Shown: positions 24,445 through 32,756 of the stretch, one piece after another
Layout: each line of letters opens with the position of its first letter
Numbering within the stretch: position 1 is the stretch's first letter
Assembly: GCA_002727895.1 (NCBI GenBank)
Contig: PBUO01000057.1
Coordinates: 18,157-63,673, forward strand
From: Acidimicrobiaceae bacterium
Lineage (GTDB): Bacteria; Actinomycetota; Acidimicrobiia; Acidimicrobiales; MedAcidi-G1
Direction of reading: 5' to 3'
DNA length: 45,517 nucleotides
Position numbers and translations under genes: made by a program
Notes under the pieces: generated by a model
What the model was told of the DNA's origin: nothing
Seen by the model: only the letters and a program-made list of their open reading frames with translations
The model's database searches: none

Positions 24445-25872
24445 TCAGGCGAGTTCCCGGTGGAGGTCAGAAGAAGACAATGGCACATTGCCCATCCTGT
24501 CCACCTGGATCGCCGCGGCAACTGACCCTAGGAGGCCGGCTTCCCACGGATTGGCTCCCCGCGCAGTCGCCATCGCGCTGCTGATCATCAGAGAGTCCCC
24601 GGCGCCCGCGACATCTCGTGGTGTCGGGTTCAGTGCCGGGATCCGGTCGGTATGAATGTCTGCACCTACATCCTCCCGGTGGAGCAGCGCCCCCTCCGCT
24701 CCCATCTTCATGATGATCGTGCGAGCTCCCGATGTGATCCGCAGCTTCTCGGCGAGAACAACCAGTCCGTCCTGTTGGTTGCGGAGGCTGACTCGCGCTT
24801 CGTGCTCGGTGGGTGTCAGGAGGTCCATCCCCCGGAATCGGGCCACGTCCCCAATCTGCGAGGAGGACTGGCTGTCAGCCACCATCGGGACCCCACGCTC
24901 CCTGGCCCGATCCGCTAGGTCGTCGACGAGGTCTTGGGGAAGGCAGCCGTAGTTGAAGTCGGAGAAGACCAGGAGATCGCAGGATTCGACGATTTCCTCG
25001 AACCGGGCGACTATCCCCTCCCGGACGAAAGCCTCGATCGGCGCCTGGTGAAGCCTGCTGACCCGGAGCAACGTCTTGCCGGCGGCCCGGTACCTCTGCT
25101 TGAGCGGCGTGGGTCGGACCCCGTCGACAAAGAACGCTGCGTCCACCCCCAAGGAGGCCAGCTGGGATTCGGCAAAGGCGCCAGCCTCGTCCTCGCCGGC
25201 GACGGTGAGGCAAGTCACCCCGGCGCCCAGCCCCGCGGCGTGGGCGGCGACGATGCCCGCTCCTCCGACGTAAGTCGTCGTGTCCACCGGGGTCACGACG
25301 ATCGTCGGGTCCTCTTGGGACATCCCCAGCGGTTCACAGGTCACGTACTCGTCAACGATCAGATCACCGACCACACAGACCGACAGAGAGCCAAAGCCGT
25401 CTACCAGTTCCCGGACGCCGGCGACGTCGATTCCGTGCCGGTCCAGGTAGTCGGCCGGCAGACTCCGGACGACTCTTCCGGCATCCTCCAGATCTCGGCG
25501 GATGAGGTCGAGAGAGGAGAATGTGGCCTCGCCCGAACTAAACACGAGTTGACCACCGTAGGAGGACAAGACCTCGGCCTCCGGATTCGGATACTCGCGG
25601 TGTTCGTTGCCCTTGACTACTACGTCCGGACGGAGTCGGCCGACCACATTCTCGACTGGCTCGTCTACCAGAAAGCACTCATCCACGTAACTGTTGGTGG
25701 ACAGGCTCTCTAACCGCAGGGACTCCGGTATGTGGGCGGCATCACCGGCGATCCTGTCGCTCTGCACGCCCACGATGAGGCGGTCGCCGAGGTCTCGTGC
25801 GAAGCGAAGGAGACGCAGGTGGCCCGGATGGAGGACGTTGAAGTTGCCCGATACGAAGACCACTTTCGTCAT
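24445..25872 (-). CDS. Bifunctional HldE/RfaE-like protein with reversed domain order (N-terminal cytidylyltransferase-fold nucleotidyltransferase, C-terminal PfkB sugar kinase)
   Basis: 475-aa ORF.
- aa 1-~130: FVSGNFNVLHPGHLRLL (HxGH), GDRLIVGVQSD, PDVVVKG, matching RfaE domain II.
- aa ~160-475: VCVVGDLIVDEY...GGAGIVAAHAAGLGA...DVAGAGDS, matching RfaE domain I/PfkB.
The ATG is preceded by GAGG. Confidence 0.8.
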   Translation of the reverse strand: MTKVVFVSGNFNVLHPGHLRLLRFARDLGDRLIVGVQSDRIAGDAAHIPESLRLESLSTNSYVDECFLVDEPVENVVGRLRPDVVVKGNEHREYPNPEAEVLSSYGGQLVFSSGEATFSSLDLIRRDLEDAGRVVRSLPADYLDRHGIDVAGVRELVDGFGSLSVCVVGDLIVDEYVTCEPLGMSQEDPTIVVTPVDTTTYVGGAGIVAAHAAGLGAGVTCLTVAGEDEAGAFAESQLASLGVDAAFFVDGVRPTPLKQRYRAAGKTLLRVSRLHQAPIEAFVREGIVARFEEIVESCDLLVFSDFNYGCLPQDLVDDLADRARERGVPMVADSQSSSQIGDVARFRGMDLLTPTEHEARVSLRNQQDGLVVLAEKLRITSGARTIIMKMGAEGALLHREDVGADIHTDRIPALNPTPRDVAGAGDSLMISSAMATARGANPWEAGLLGSVAAAIQVDRMGNVPLSSSDLHRELA

Positions 25873-25918
25873 CGACAGACCTCGCCGGAATGACAGGTCC
25901 GAGGAGCGAGTCGTATCC

Positions 25919-26983
25919 TCATGAACCGTCTATGGAGAGAAGGCAACGGCCAACCACCTTTCCCGTTCTCATTGAGTCGATTGCATCACCGACGTCGTCT
26001 AGTGCGAAGCAGGATGTGACGATCTGGTCAAGCTGAAGGGTGTCTGTCCCCAATAGGCCCATCAGCCGAGGGATGTCCACCGTCGGATTTGCCTCTCCTC
26101 CGTGGGACCCCATCAACTCCTTGCCGAAGTAGAGGGGAAGTGGAGCGACTTCTACTCTTTCCCCGACCCCGGGGACGCCGACCATCACCACCCTCCCCGA
26201 GGACGAGGTGAGCCGAAGGCCCATCTCGACGACCATCGGAAGACCCGTGTTGTCCACGAAGACGTCGGTTCCCGACGAACCGACGACTTCTCGTAGCCTC
26301 GCCTCAACCTCTGGAAGACTGCCGTCCACCAGATGGGTCGCTCCCAATTCCGCTGCGAGTTCAAGGCGATCCGCGTACAGGTCGACGCCGACAATCGGAC
26401 TCGCTCCGTGCGCGGCGGCAGCCTGAACGATGTTGAGACCTACACCACCGCTTCCATAAACCACAATTGATTCACCCGCCTTGACCCGGGCGTTGTTCTC
26501 CACCACCCCGAAGCCGGTCGTAACCGCGCAGCCGAAGAGAGCAGCGAGGCGCCGGTCCGTGTCGAGAGGAATGGAGGTGCACCTGTTCTCGGAAACCACT
26601 GCGAACTCGTTGAATGTAGTAACCCAGCCGGCATTGACCGGTCCACCCCGCCAGGCGTAGGTCGGCGTCTCGGCCTCGATTCCCCGGCCCTTTCTCCAGT
26701 GCAGAACCACCAGGTCGCCGACCGTCACGTGTTTGACCCCAGGTCCGGTTGCGAGCACGGTCGCCGACCCTTCGTGGCCCAGCAGGTGGGGAAGAAACCG
26801 GTCTGGGCCCTTGACGCCGTCGATCTCTCCAAGTTGGGATCCACAGATCCCGCTGTAGTGGACGCGCACCAGGACTTGGCCGGCGGCAAGGTCCTCGGGC
26901 AGTGCAACCTCGTCGACGACGAGCGGAACCCGCTGCTCTGTCAGGATCGCCGCTCGTCCCGACCGGGGAAGGGATTGGTCCAT
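25919..26983 (-). CDS. Zinc-type medium-chain alcohol dehydrogenase/reductase
   Basis: The track ORF 25919..27076 starts with TTG, so I prefer the ATG at 26983 (MDQSLPRSGRAAILTEQ...). It has the motifs GICGSQ, LLGHEGSATV and VYGSGGVGLN (GxGxxG). The structural-zinc Cys loop is absent. Confidence 0.75.
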   Translation of the reverse strand: MDQSLPRSGRAAILTEQRVPLVVDEVALPEDLAAGQVLVRVHYSGICGSQLGEIDGVKGPDRFLPHLLGHEGSATVLATGPGVKHVTVGDLVVLHWRKGRGIEAETPTYAWRGGPVNAGWVTTFNEFAVVSENRCTSIPLDTDRRLAALFGCAVTTGFGVVENNARVKAGESIVVYGSGGVGLNIVQAAAAHGASPIVGVDLYADRLELAAELGATHLVDGSLPEVEARLREVVGSSGTDVFVDNTGLPMVVEMGLRLTSSSGRVVMVGVPGVGERVEVAPLPLYFGKELMGSHGGEANPTVDIPRLMGLLGTDTLQLDQIVTSCFALDDVGDAIDSMRTGKVVGRCLLSIDGS

Positions 26984-27125
26984 CGGATCGTTTCGCCAGT
27001 CGACTCCCGCCGGACTCCCGGCGACTCGTTGGCACGACACTAACGGGAGGTTCACCCTGTCGAAGGTCAACCCCAAACTCGGCGACCAGCGCCCCCTTCA
27101 GCGCTTCGGTCTCAAGAGGCGGGAC

Positions 27126-28196
27126 TCAGAACGGACCCTGGTAGCTCGTGTCCGGCTGGTCGAGGCGACGCTCCCCTCGTTCAGCTGGCGTGAAGGCCGC
27201 CGGACGGCCGACGACCGCGGCGGTCCGTGCCGCGATGTCCTCAGGAAGCGGGTAGTAGCCGTCGGCGAGGGCGGGCGAGGTGGGCGTCGGATGATCCGGA
27301 AAGCCCATCCGTACTGGCGACGCCAACAAGCTGGCAAAGGACCGCTCGAGGACCGCGGCAGTGATCTCGGCCGAGACCCCACCTACCACGTGGGCGTTGT
27401 CCACCACAACCAACCTCCCGGTCCGTTCCACTGACTCTCGAATCGTGTCTATATCGAGGGGCCGAATGCTCCGAAGGTCGACCACCTCGGCCGAAACGCC
27501 GGCATCTGCGAGCATCTCAGCCGCCGTAAGGCACTCAAGTGTCATGTAGGACACGCCGACAAGGGTGACGTCGGTCCCGGAACGGACCACACGCGCCCGG
27601 TCTAGGGGCACCCGGTACCGCTCCTGTGGAACGAGATCTTCGATGTTGTAGAGCCACCGGTGCTCAAGACAGATCACTGGGTCGTCCGACTCGATCGCCG
27701 CCGTCAGCATTCCCTTGGCGTCCGACGGGGTCGTCGGCATGATTACCCGGAGCCCTGGTACGTGGGCGAAAAGAGCCTGAAGGCTCTGCGAATGCTGAGG
27801 TCCTTGGCCCCAACCCCGACCGACAACCATCCTTATGACTAGAGGTGCCGAGAGCCGGCCATCGAACATGAACCGCCACTTGGCGATCTGGTTCACGATC
27901 TGCTCGAAGGAGACCAGTGCGAAATCGACTCGCTGGTGGACGAGGACCGGACGCAGGCCCGTCGTCGCAGATCCAAGGGCGATTCCGGTGACCGCATTCT
28001 CCGAGAGAGGGATGTCGAACACCCTCTCCACACCGTGGCGTTCCTGAAGACCGATCGTCGATCCAAAGACCCCTTTGGGATCCGGGACCCCGAGGCCCAT
28101 CACGATCACGTCAGGATCGTCGGCGAGCGCCTGATCTAGCGCTTCGCGGATCGCCTGACCATATCCGAGCATCCGTTCCATTGGATGTGGGGCCAT
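27126..28196 (-). CDS. ThDP-dependent 2-oxoacid dehydrogenase E1 component, beta-subunit-like
   Basis: 356-aa ORF showing transketolase Pyr and C-terminal domain hallmarks: VFDIPLSENAVTGIALGSATTGLRPV, GPQHSQSL, PGLRVIMPTTPSDAKG. Confidence 0.85.
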   Translation of the reverse strand: MAPHPMERMLGYGQAIREALDQALADDPDVIVMGLGVPDPKGVFGSTIGLQERHGVERVFDIPLSENAVTGIALGSATTGLRPVLVHQRVDFALVSFEQIVNQIAKWRFMFDGRLSAPLVIRMVVGRGWGQGPQHSQSLQALFAHVPGLRVIMPTTPSDAKGMLTAAIESDDPVICLEHRWLYNIEDLVPQERYRVPLDRARVVRSGTDVTLVGVSYMTLECLTAAEMLADAGVSAEVVDLRSIRPLDIDTIRESVERTGRLVVVDNAHVVGGVSAEITAAVLERSFASLLASPVRMGFPDHPTPTSPALADGYYPLPEDIAARTAAVVGRPAAFTPAERGERRLDQPDTSYQGPF

Positions 28197-28198
28197 CC

Positions 28199-29158
28199 TC
28201 AGGAAGAGGGGACGAGGGTGGAACGCATCGAGTCCGAAACCGGAAAGGGGCTTGACCGGGCAAACTCGACAGCCGCTCGGATCTCCTCAGCGATATCCAA
28301 AGCCACCTGCTCGCGGTCCGGCCAACCCTCCCGTCGGGCCAGGATCTCGATTGGATCGCTATCCCGCCATGATTCGAACTCCTCCTGCGTGCGGTAGCCG
28401 AGATCGTTGTCGTAGTAGGGGCCGCAATGCTCCCGCCACCGGTAGGTGGAAAACTCAAGAAAGGCCGGACCAGATCCTAAACGGATGGCCTGAACAGCAT
28501 CCTCGGCAAGCCCTGCGACCTCCTCGGCGTCGTTGCCGTCGCCCGACCACGTGCGAATTCCGTGGCCCGCCGCCACCTCGACGATGGAACGGTCCGGCGG
28601 TTGGCGGACGGACATAGGCGAGTAGACGGAGTACAGGTTGTTCTCACAACAGAACATGACCGGCAGTCGGTGGACCACGGCGAAGTTGATGCTCTCGTGC
28701 AGGATCCCTGTCTCCATCGCCCCGTCCCCGAGGAAGACGACGACGACCCGGTCCTCGCCCCGATTGCGAGCGGTGAGCGCGGCACCCACTCCGACCGGGA
28801 TGGAACTCCCCACGATTGGGGTGGCGGCCAGGAATCCTGCCTCCGGATCGGTCAGGTGCATTGACCCGCCCAGTCCGCCCGTGCATCCCGTGGCCTTCCC
28901 ATAGAACTCGGCAAGCATCCTCGCTAGGTCGCCTCCCCGGGCAAGGTAGTGAGCGTGGCTCCGGTGCCCCGAGACGACCTGATCACCATTGGCCAAGGCA
29001 CTGCAGACTCCCGCTGCAGGGGCCTCCTGCCCGATACTCAGGTGGACGGGACACCGCATCTCCTGCTCGGGATAAAGGTCAGCGACTGCCTCCTCGACCA
29101 TCCGGATCCTGAGCATCGATCGGAGCAGGTCTTGGCGAAGGGCCGACTGGTCCATCAC
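28199..29158 (-). CDS. ThDP-dependent 2-oxoacid dehydrogenase E1 component, alpha-subunit-like
   Basis: 319-aa ORF with the ThDP-binding motif GDGAMETGILHESINFAVVHRLPVMFCCENN (GDG-x26-NN). The start is the GTG at 29158 or the ATG at 29155, overlapping the upstream stop. Confidence 0.85.
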   Translation of the reverse strand: MMDQSALRQDLLRSMLRIRMVEEAVADLYPEQEMRCPVHLSIGQEAPAAGVCSALANGDQVVSGHRSHAHYLARGGDLARMLAEFYGKATGCTGGLGGSMHLTDPEAGFLAATPIVGSSIPVGVGAALTARNRGEDRVVVVFLGDGAMETGILHESINFAVVHRLPVMFCCENNLYSVYSPMSVRQPPDRSIVEVAAGHGIRTWSGDGNDAEEVAGLAEDAVQAIRLGSGPAFLEFSTYRWREHCGPYYDNDLGYRTQEEFESWRDSDPIEILARREGWPDREQVALDIAEEIRAAVEFARSSPFPVSDSMRSTLVPSS

Positions 29159-29814
29159 GGAATGAACCAGTAGTAGTCGCCCTCGTATCCGGCCTCATCG
29201 AACACTTTGACCCATCCCTCTGCGGACAGAACCGTCAAAGCCGTCAGGTTCCATGCCTCAATGCGTCGCCGTTCCTCCTCGTTCCGGTAGGCGTCGAGGA
29301 CAACGAAGGACCACTTCCGGCTGACCCGCTGAACCTCGGACAGAGCAGTCACCACCCCCGGCCGGTCGAAGTTGTGCAGCGTGTTGATAGAGACCACGAG
29401 ATCGAATGAATCGTCCTCGAAGGGAAGCTCCCTTGCATCAGCCACCTGGAGATGGTCCTCCATCCCCTCTACCGCGTTCTCCACGGCGTACTCGCTGACG
29501 TCTATGCCCGACACGGTGAGGCCCGGGATCGCCTCTGCGAAGTCCTTGAGCATGAAGCCCTTGGCACAACCGACGTCCAGCAGCGAGTGGTCTCCGGTGA
29601 GGCCATAGAACTCGCGGAAGGTCGGCACCACGGGCTGCCAGAAACGAGGATGGTAGTGAAATCCACCGTATCCGGTCCGGCGGTCGCCATCGAAGAAGTC
29701 CCGATCAAACCGCCGCGCAGTAGCCCGGTCCTCCTCGGTCTTTTGCTCTTGGCGCTCGTCGAGGTTCCGCTTCGTCCTCGGGTAGTTCTCGAGGAGATCG
29801 ATCTCACTGCCCAT
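29155..29814 (-). CDS. Class I SAM-dependent methyltransferase
   Basis: The track ORF 29155..30093 is trimmed to the ATG at 29814 (MGSEIDLLENY...), 2 nt after the upstream stop. It has SAM motif I (LLDVGCAKG) and the acidic loop SGIDVS. Its GC content is visibly lower than its neighbours. Confidence 0.8.
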   Translation of the reverse strand: MGSEIDLLENYPRTKRNLDERQEQKTEEDRATARRFDRDFFDGDRRTGYGGFHYHPRFWQPVVPTFREFYGLTGDHSLLDVGCAKGFMLKDFAEAIPGLTVSGIDVSEYAVENAVEGMEDHLQVADARELPFEDDSFDLVVSINTLHNFDRPGVVTALSEVQRVSRKWSFVVLDAYRNEEERRRIEAWNLTALTVLSAEGWVKVFDEAGYEGDYYWFIP

Positions 29815-29816
29815 GG

Positions 29817-30923
29817 TCAGATGAAGTTCTTGTGGAGCACCGGGGTATCGACCAACTGGTCGAGATAGCGGTTGGCCTCGTCCATCCGACAGTTGTTCCG
29901 GCAGATAGAGAGGTCTAGCTCCTCCTTTACGAAGTTCCAGCAGCTCTGCCGGTTCTCCGACTTCCAGATGTCGGCAATGGGGTCCTCGTGGATATTGCCG
30001 AGGAGAAAGTTTGGATTGCCTACGTGGGCTCCACAGGCATAGACGTCGCCTGTTCCCGACACATAGAACCAGAGAGCCGGTGTACTCAGGCACGTGGAGT
30101 AGGACTCCTCGTCGCTGATCAACTTGCTCAGAGCATTGGTCCTCGCCACCACCTGGAACCCCTCGGCGTCGTACTCTGCCTGAAGAGTCAGGACGGTCTC
30201 CATGTAACGCTTGGCCGTGTAGTCCAGATGGCTGTAGCCCTTCTGGATCATGTACACGTTGTGCACGTATGGCTTGAGGACTACGTAGTCCAGACCGGTG
30301 TCCCTCGCCCGCGAGACCAGGCCATCCAAACTCTCCAGGTTGTCGGGAAGGATGAGGGACTGCGCGCCCAGGGCGACGCTCAGGTCGTTCGTCTCCCGAT
30401 GCTTGACTGCAAGTTCCAAGTTCTTCCAGACCCGTTCGAAATCCTTCTCCGCAGTCTGGTGAATGGCGGCGTATGTCTCAGCGTCACCCGCATTCATCGA
30501 AACCTTGATCCACGAAACGTGATGGAGCGCGCCCTTGATGAACTTCTCGCGCATCGGAACTGCGTTGGTCGTGAAGGACGTTTCTATCCCGTTGGCCGCT
30601 GCGTCCCCGATGATGTCGACGATGTCAGGGTTCAGCATCGGCTCGCCATCACCAGCGAACATCACGGCCTTCAGCCCAAGCGTGGAGGCCGACTCAAAGA
30701 ACCTCTGAAGGACTTCACGACGCAGGAACACGCGTTTGTAGCCCAGGTAGTCGACTGAGCAGAAGGTGCACCGGTGGTTACACGAACCAGCCGTCGAGAT
30801 CTCAGCGTAGATCGGCTCCAGTTGCCGATACCGATCCCAGTCGTCACCGGCATCGAGGATGGCCTGAACCCTGCCCGGGTGGTAGGCCAACTTGTGGCTG
30901 TCTATGCGAAACCTGTCCGCCAT
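29817..30923 (-). CDS. Radical SAM enzyme with a Cys-rich (SPASM/twitch-like) C-terminus
   Basis: The track ORF is trimmed to the ATG at 30923 (MADRFRIDSHKLAYHP...). It has the CxxxCxxC motif CNHRCTFC, GDGEP, and C-terminal cysteines (C-x19-C ... C-x12-C-x3-C). Its GC content is lower than the flanking genes. Confidence 0.8.
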   Translation of the reverse strand: MADRFRIDSHKLAYHPGRVQAILDAGDDWDRYRQLEPIYAEISTAGSCNHRCTFCSVDYLGYKRVFLRREVLQRFFESASTLGLKAVMFAGDGEPMLNPDIVDIIGDAAANGIETSFTTNAVPMREKFIKGALHHVSWIKVSMNAGDAETYAAIHQTAEKDFERVWKNLELAVKHRETNDLSVALGAQSLILPDNLESLDGLVSRARDTGLDYVVLKPYVHNVYMIQKGYSHLDYTAKRYMETVLTLQAEYDAEGFQVVARTNALSKLISDEESYSTCLSTPALWFYVSGTGDVYACGAHVGNPNFLLGNIHEDPIADIWKSENRQSCWNFVKEELDLSICRNNCRMDEANRYLDQLVDTPVLHKNFI

Positions 30924-30945
30924 GATGCCGCTTTCTGCGGTCCTC

Positions 30946-31935
30946 CTAGGCCTTGTGAACGTAGTCGAGGGGCAGGGCCCCAAGGACTTCGAGGTTCTCA
31001 TCAACCCACCGGAGCGTACCGGCCAGACCGTCCTCCAGACGGACGCCGTCCGCCCATCCAAGTTCACTGCGGATCCGACCGGTCTCCAGTTCGTACCGCT
31101 GGTCCTTACCGACCCGCTCGTCGGCCAGCTGGATTACCTCCTCGGGATCCACACCAGCCAGAGAGCAGATTCGCTCAACGAGGTCCCGAATCGACACGAC
31201 CTCGGTCCCCGCAACGTGGTAGGCGGTTCCAACTCGACCGCGAGTCGCGACCAAATAGGTGGCGGAGACTACGTCCTCGACGTGGACGAAGTTTCGCTCA
31301 GATGTCCCGCCACCGTGCAGCGGCAGAGTTCTGCCGAGGCGGCAGCCCAGGGCGGCCCTCGGGATAATTCGGTAGAGCTGCTGTCCGGGTCCATAGACGT
31401 TAGAGGCCCGGGTCCAGGTCACCGGGAAGCCGTGAGTCTCGCAGAAGGTGCGGAGATGGAGATCGCAGGCCGCCCGAGACACCGCATAGGGGGTCGTCGG
31501 TGCGAAGGGAGCCTGCTCGTTCACCGGGCCGTTGGTCGATCCATATACCTCCGGGGTTGACACATGGAGGTATGACACGAGCGTCGGCAAGCGTCGAAGG
31601 TGTTCGTGGAGCCCCACTTGGGCCAGGACGTTCGTCCGGTACCAGTCCTCCGGCCGCTCCCAACTCTGGGCCACCATTCCCTGTCCGGCGAAGTTCACCA
31701 CATGCGTGGTGCCTTGCCGGTTGACCAGATCCACCAGGCGCTCCAAGTCGTGGTTCAGATCGATCCGATGGAACTGGAAACCGCGGTCGTCTCCCCATCG
31801 GTGGGCCAAGAAGAGAGGTTCGGGTTCCTCGGACCGACTCACTCCGAGAACCTCATGGCCGCGGTCCAGAAGGTGGCGCACGAAGTGCGAGCCAGTAAAG
31901 GAGTTGCTGCCTATAACCAGGAATCGTTCGGTCAT
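30946..31935 (-). CDS. Extended SDR, NDP-sugar dehydratase/epimerase-like with non-canonical catalytic motifs
   Basis: The track ORF is trimmed to the ATG at 31935 (MTERFLVIGSNSFTGSH...), an ATGA overlap. It has GSNSFTG and RASNVYGPGQ. It reads STPEVYG instead of STDEVYG, and PYAVSRAA (YxxxR) instead of YxxxK. Confidence 0.75.
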   Translation of the reverse strand: MTERFLVIGSNSFTGSHFVRHLLDRGHEVLGVSRSEEPEPLFLAHRWGDDRGFQFHRIDLNHDLERLVDLVNRQGTTHVVNFAGQGMVAQSWERPEDWYRTNVLAQVGLHEHLRRLPTLVSYLHVSTPEVYGSTNGPVNEQAPFAPTTPYAVSRAACDLHLRTFCETHGFPVTWTRASNVYGPGQQLYRIIPRAALGCRLGRTLPLHGGGTSERNFVHVEDVVSATYLVATRGRVGTAYHVAGTEVVSIRDLVERICSLAGVDPEEVIQLADERVGKDQRYELETGRIRSELGWADGVRLEDGLAGTLRWVDENLEVLGALPLDYVHKA

Positions 31936-32753
31936 ACCTCGCCTCCCCCCCTCCCGAGCTCCCCCACCATCTGGTGGATCGGATGGTCCTTGAACCACTG
32001 GTCCCAGTCGTCACCGCCAGTTGGTGCATTGGTGGACCGGGGATCAGGGTCATTCTGTGCCGCAGCCAACATCGCCGGCGTGCCGATGTCGCGGTGCACG
32101 TTGACGTTGTGCCAAGTCCCAATCCGGCCAAGGAACTCCGGAACGACGCCAGTGCTGAAGTCGGTCACTCCAGGGTGGTCGTCGAGCCAGTCGAGAACCT
32201 CCGGTTGCAGGAGGTAGACCGCTCCGTTGGCCCGTCTTCCCGGAGGGTCGTGCGCCTTTTCGTGAAAAGCCACCACGGTGCCGGCAGCATCGGTCTCGAC
32301 GATGCCGCAGGATTCCGGCGTCTCGGTGTCAAAGGTCATCATCGTGGCGACGTGGCCGCCAGGACGTTCACGGTGCGCCGCCACGAAGTCGGCGAGGTGG
32401 CATCGACAGAGGTTGTCGGCATGAGCCAACAGCGTGGGCCCGCCTACCAGGAACCCCCGACATGCCCGCAGCGTGCCTGCCGTACCGAGGAGCCGTTCCT
32501 CTTCAAATACCCGGACCCAGTTCCGGAAGCGGGGCCGGTTGAGGAAGTCCAGCATCTCGCGGCGGTGATGGTGGACGTTTACGACGACCGACCGGACCCC
32601 GATGGTCCAAAGGTCGTCCAGCCAGATCTGAAGCAGCGGACGTCCGCCGACAGGCATGAGGGGCTTGGGCCACTCATCGGTTAGCGGGGCCAGCCTGGTT
32701 CCCGCTCCAGCGGCGAGAAGTACTGCGGTGACCGAACCACTGGCCTCATCCAC
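31932..32753 (-). CDS. Sugar-1-phosphate nucleotidylyltransferase (NTP_transferase family; HddC/PtmE-like position)
   Basis: 273-aa ORF with LLAAGAGTRLAPLTDEWPKPLMPVGGRPLL (GxGTRL signature). GTG start 3 nt after the SIS gene stop. Confidence 0.8.
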   Translation of the reverse strand: MDEASGSVTAVLLAAGAGTRLAPLTDEWPKPLMPVGGRPLLQIWLDDLWTIGVRSVVVNVHHHRREMLDFLNRPRFRNWVRVFEEERLLGTAGTLRACRGFLVGGPTLLAHADNLCRCHLADFVAAHRERPGGHVATMMTFDTETPESCGIVETDAAGTVVAFHEKAHDPPGRRANGAVYLLQPEVLDWLDDHPGVTDFSTGVVPEFLGRIGTWHNVNVHRDIGTPAMLAAAQNDPDPRSTNAPTGGDDWDQWFKDHPIHQMVGELGRGGGEV

Positions 32754-32756
32754 TGG

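Noticed and set aside
27008-27023. Hairpin cgccgg-actc-ccggcg with flanking GACTCCCG direct repeats upstream of the Zn-ADH gene
   Set aside because: It is short and isolated. It also lies in a region that would be coding if the alternative TTG start at 27076 were used. This is insufficient to call an attenuator or terminator.
27126-29158. E1 alpha/beta read as a central-metabolism pyruvate, branched-chain or acetoin dehydrogenase
   Set aside because: No E2 or E3 genes lie anywhere in the window. Both genes are translationally packed inside a sugar-modification operon. I kept them as a finding with a sugar-branching hypothesis instead. A housekeeping role cannot be fully excluded without the rest of the genome.
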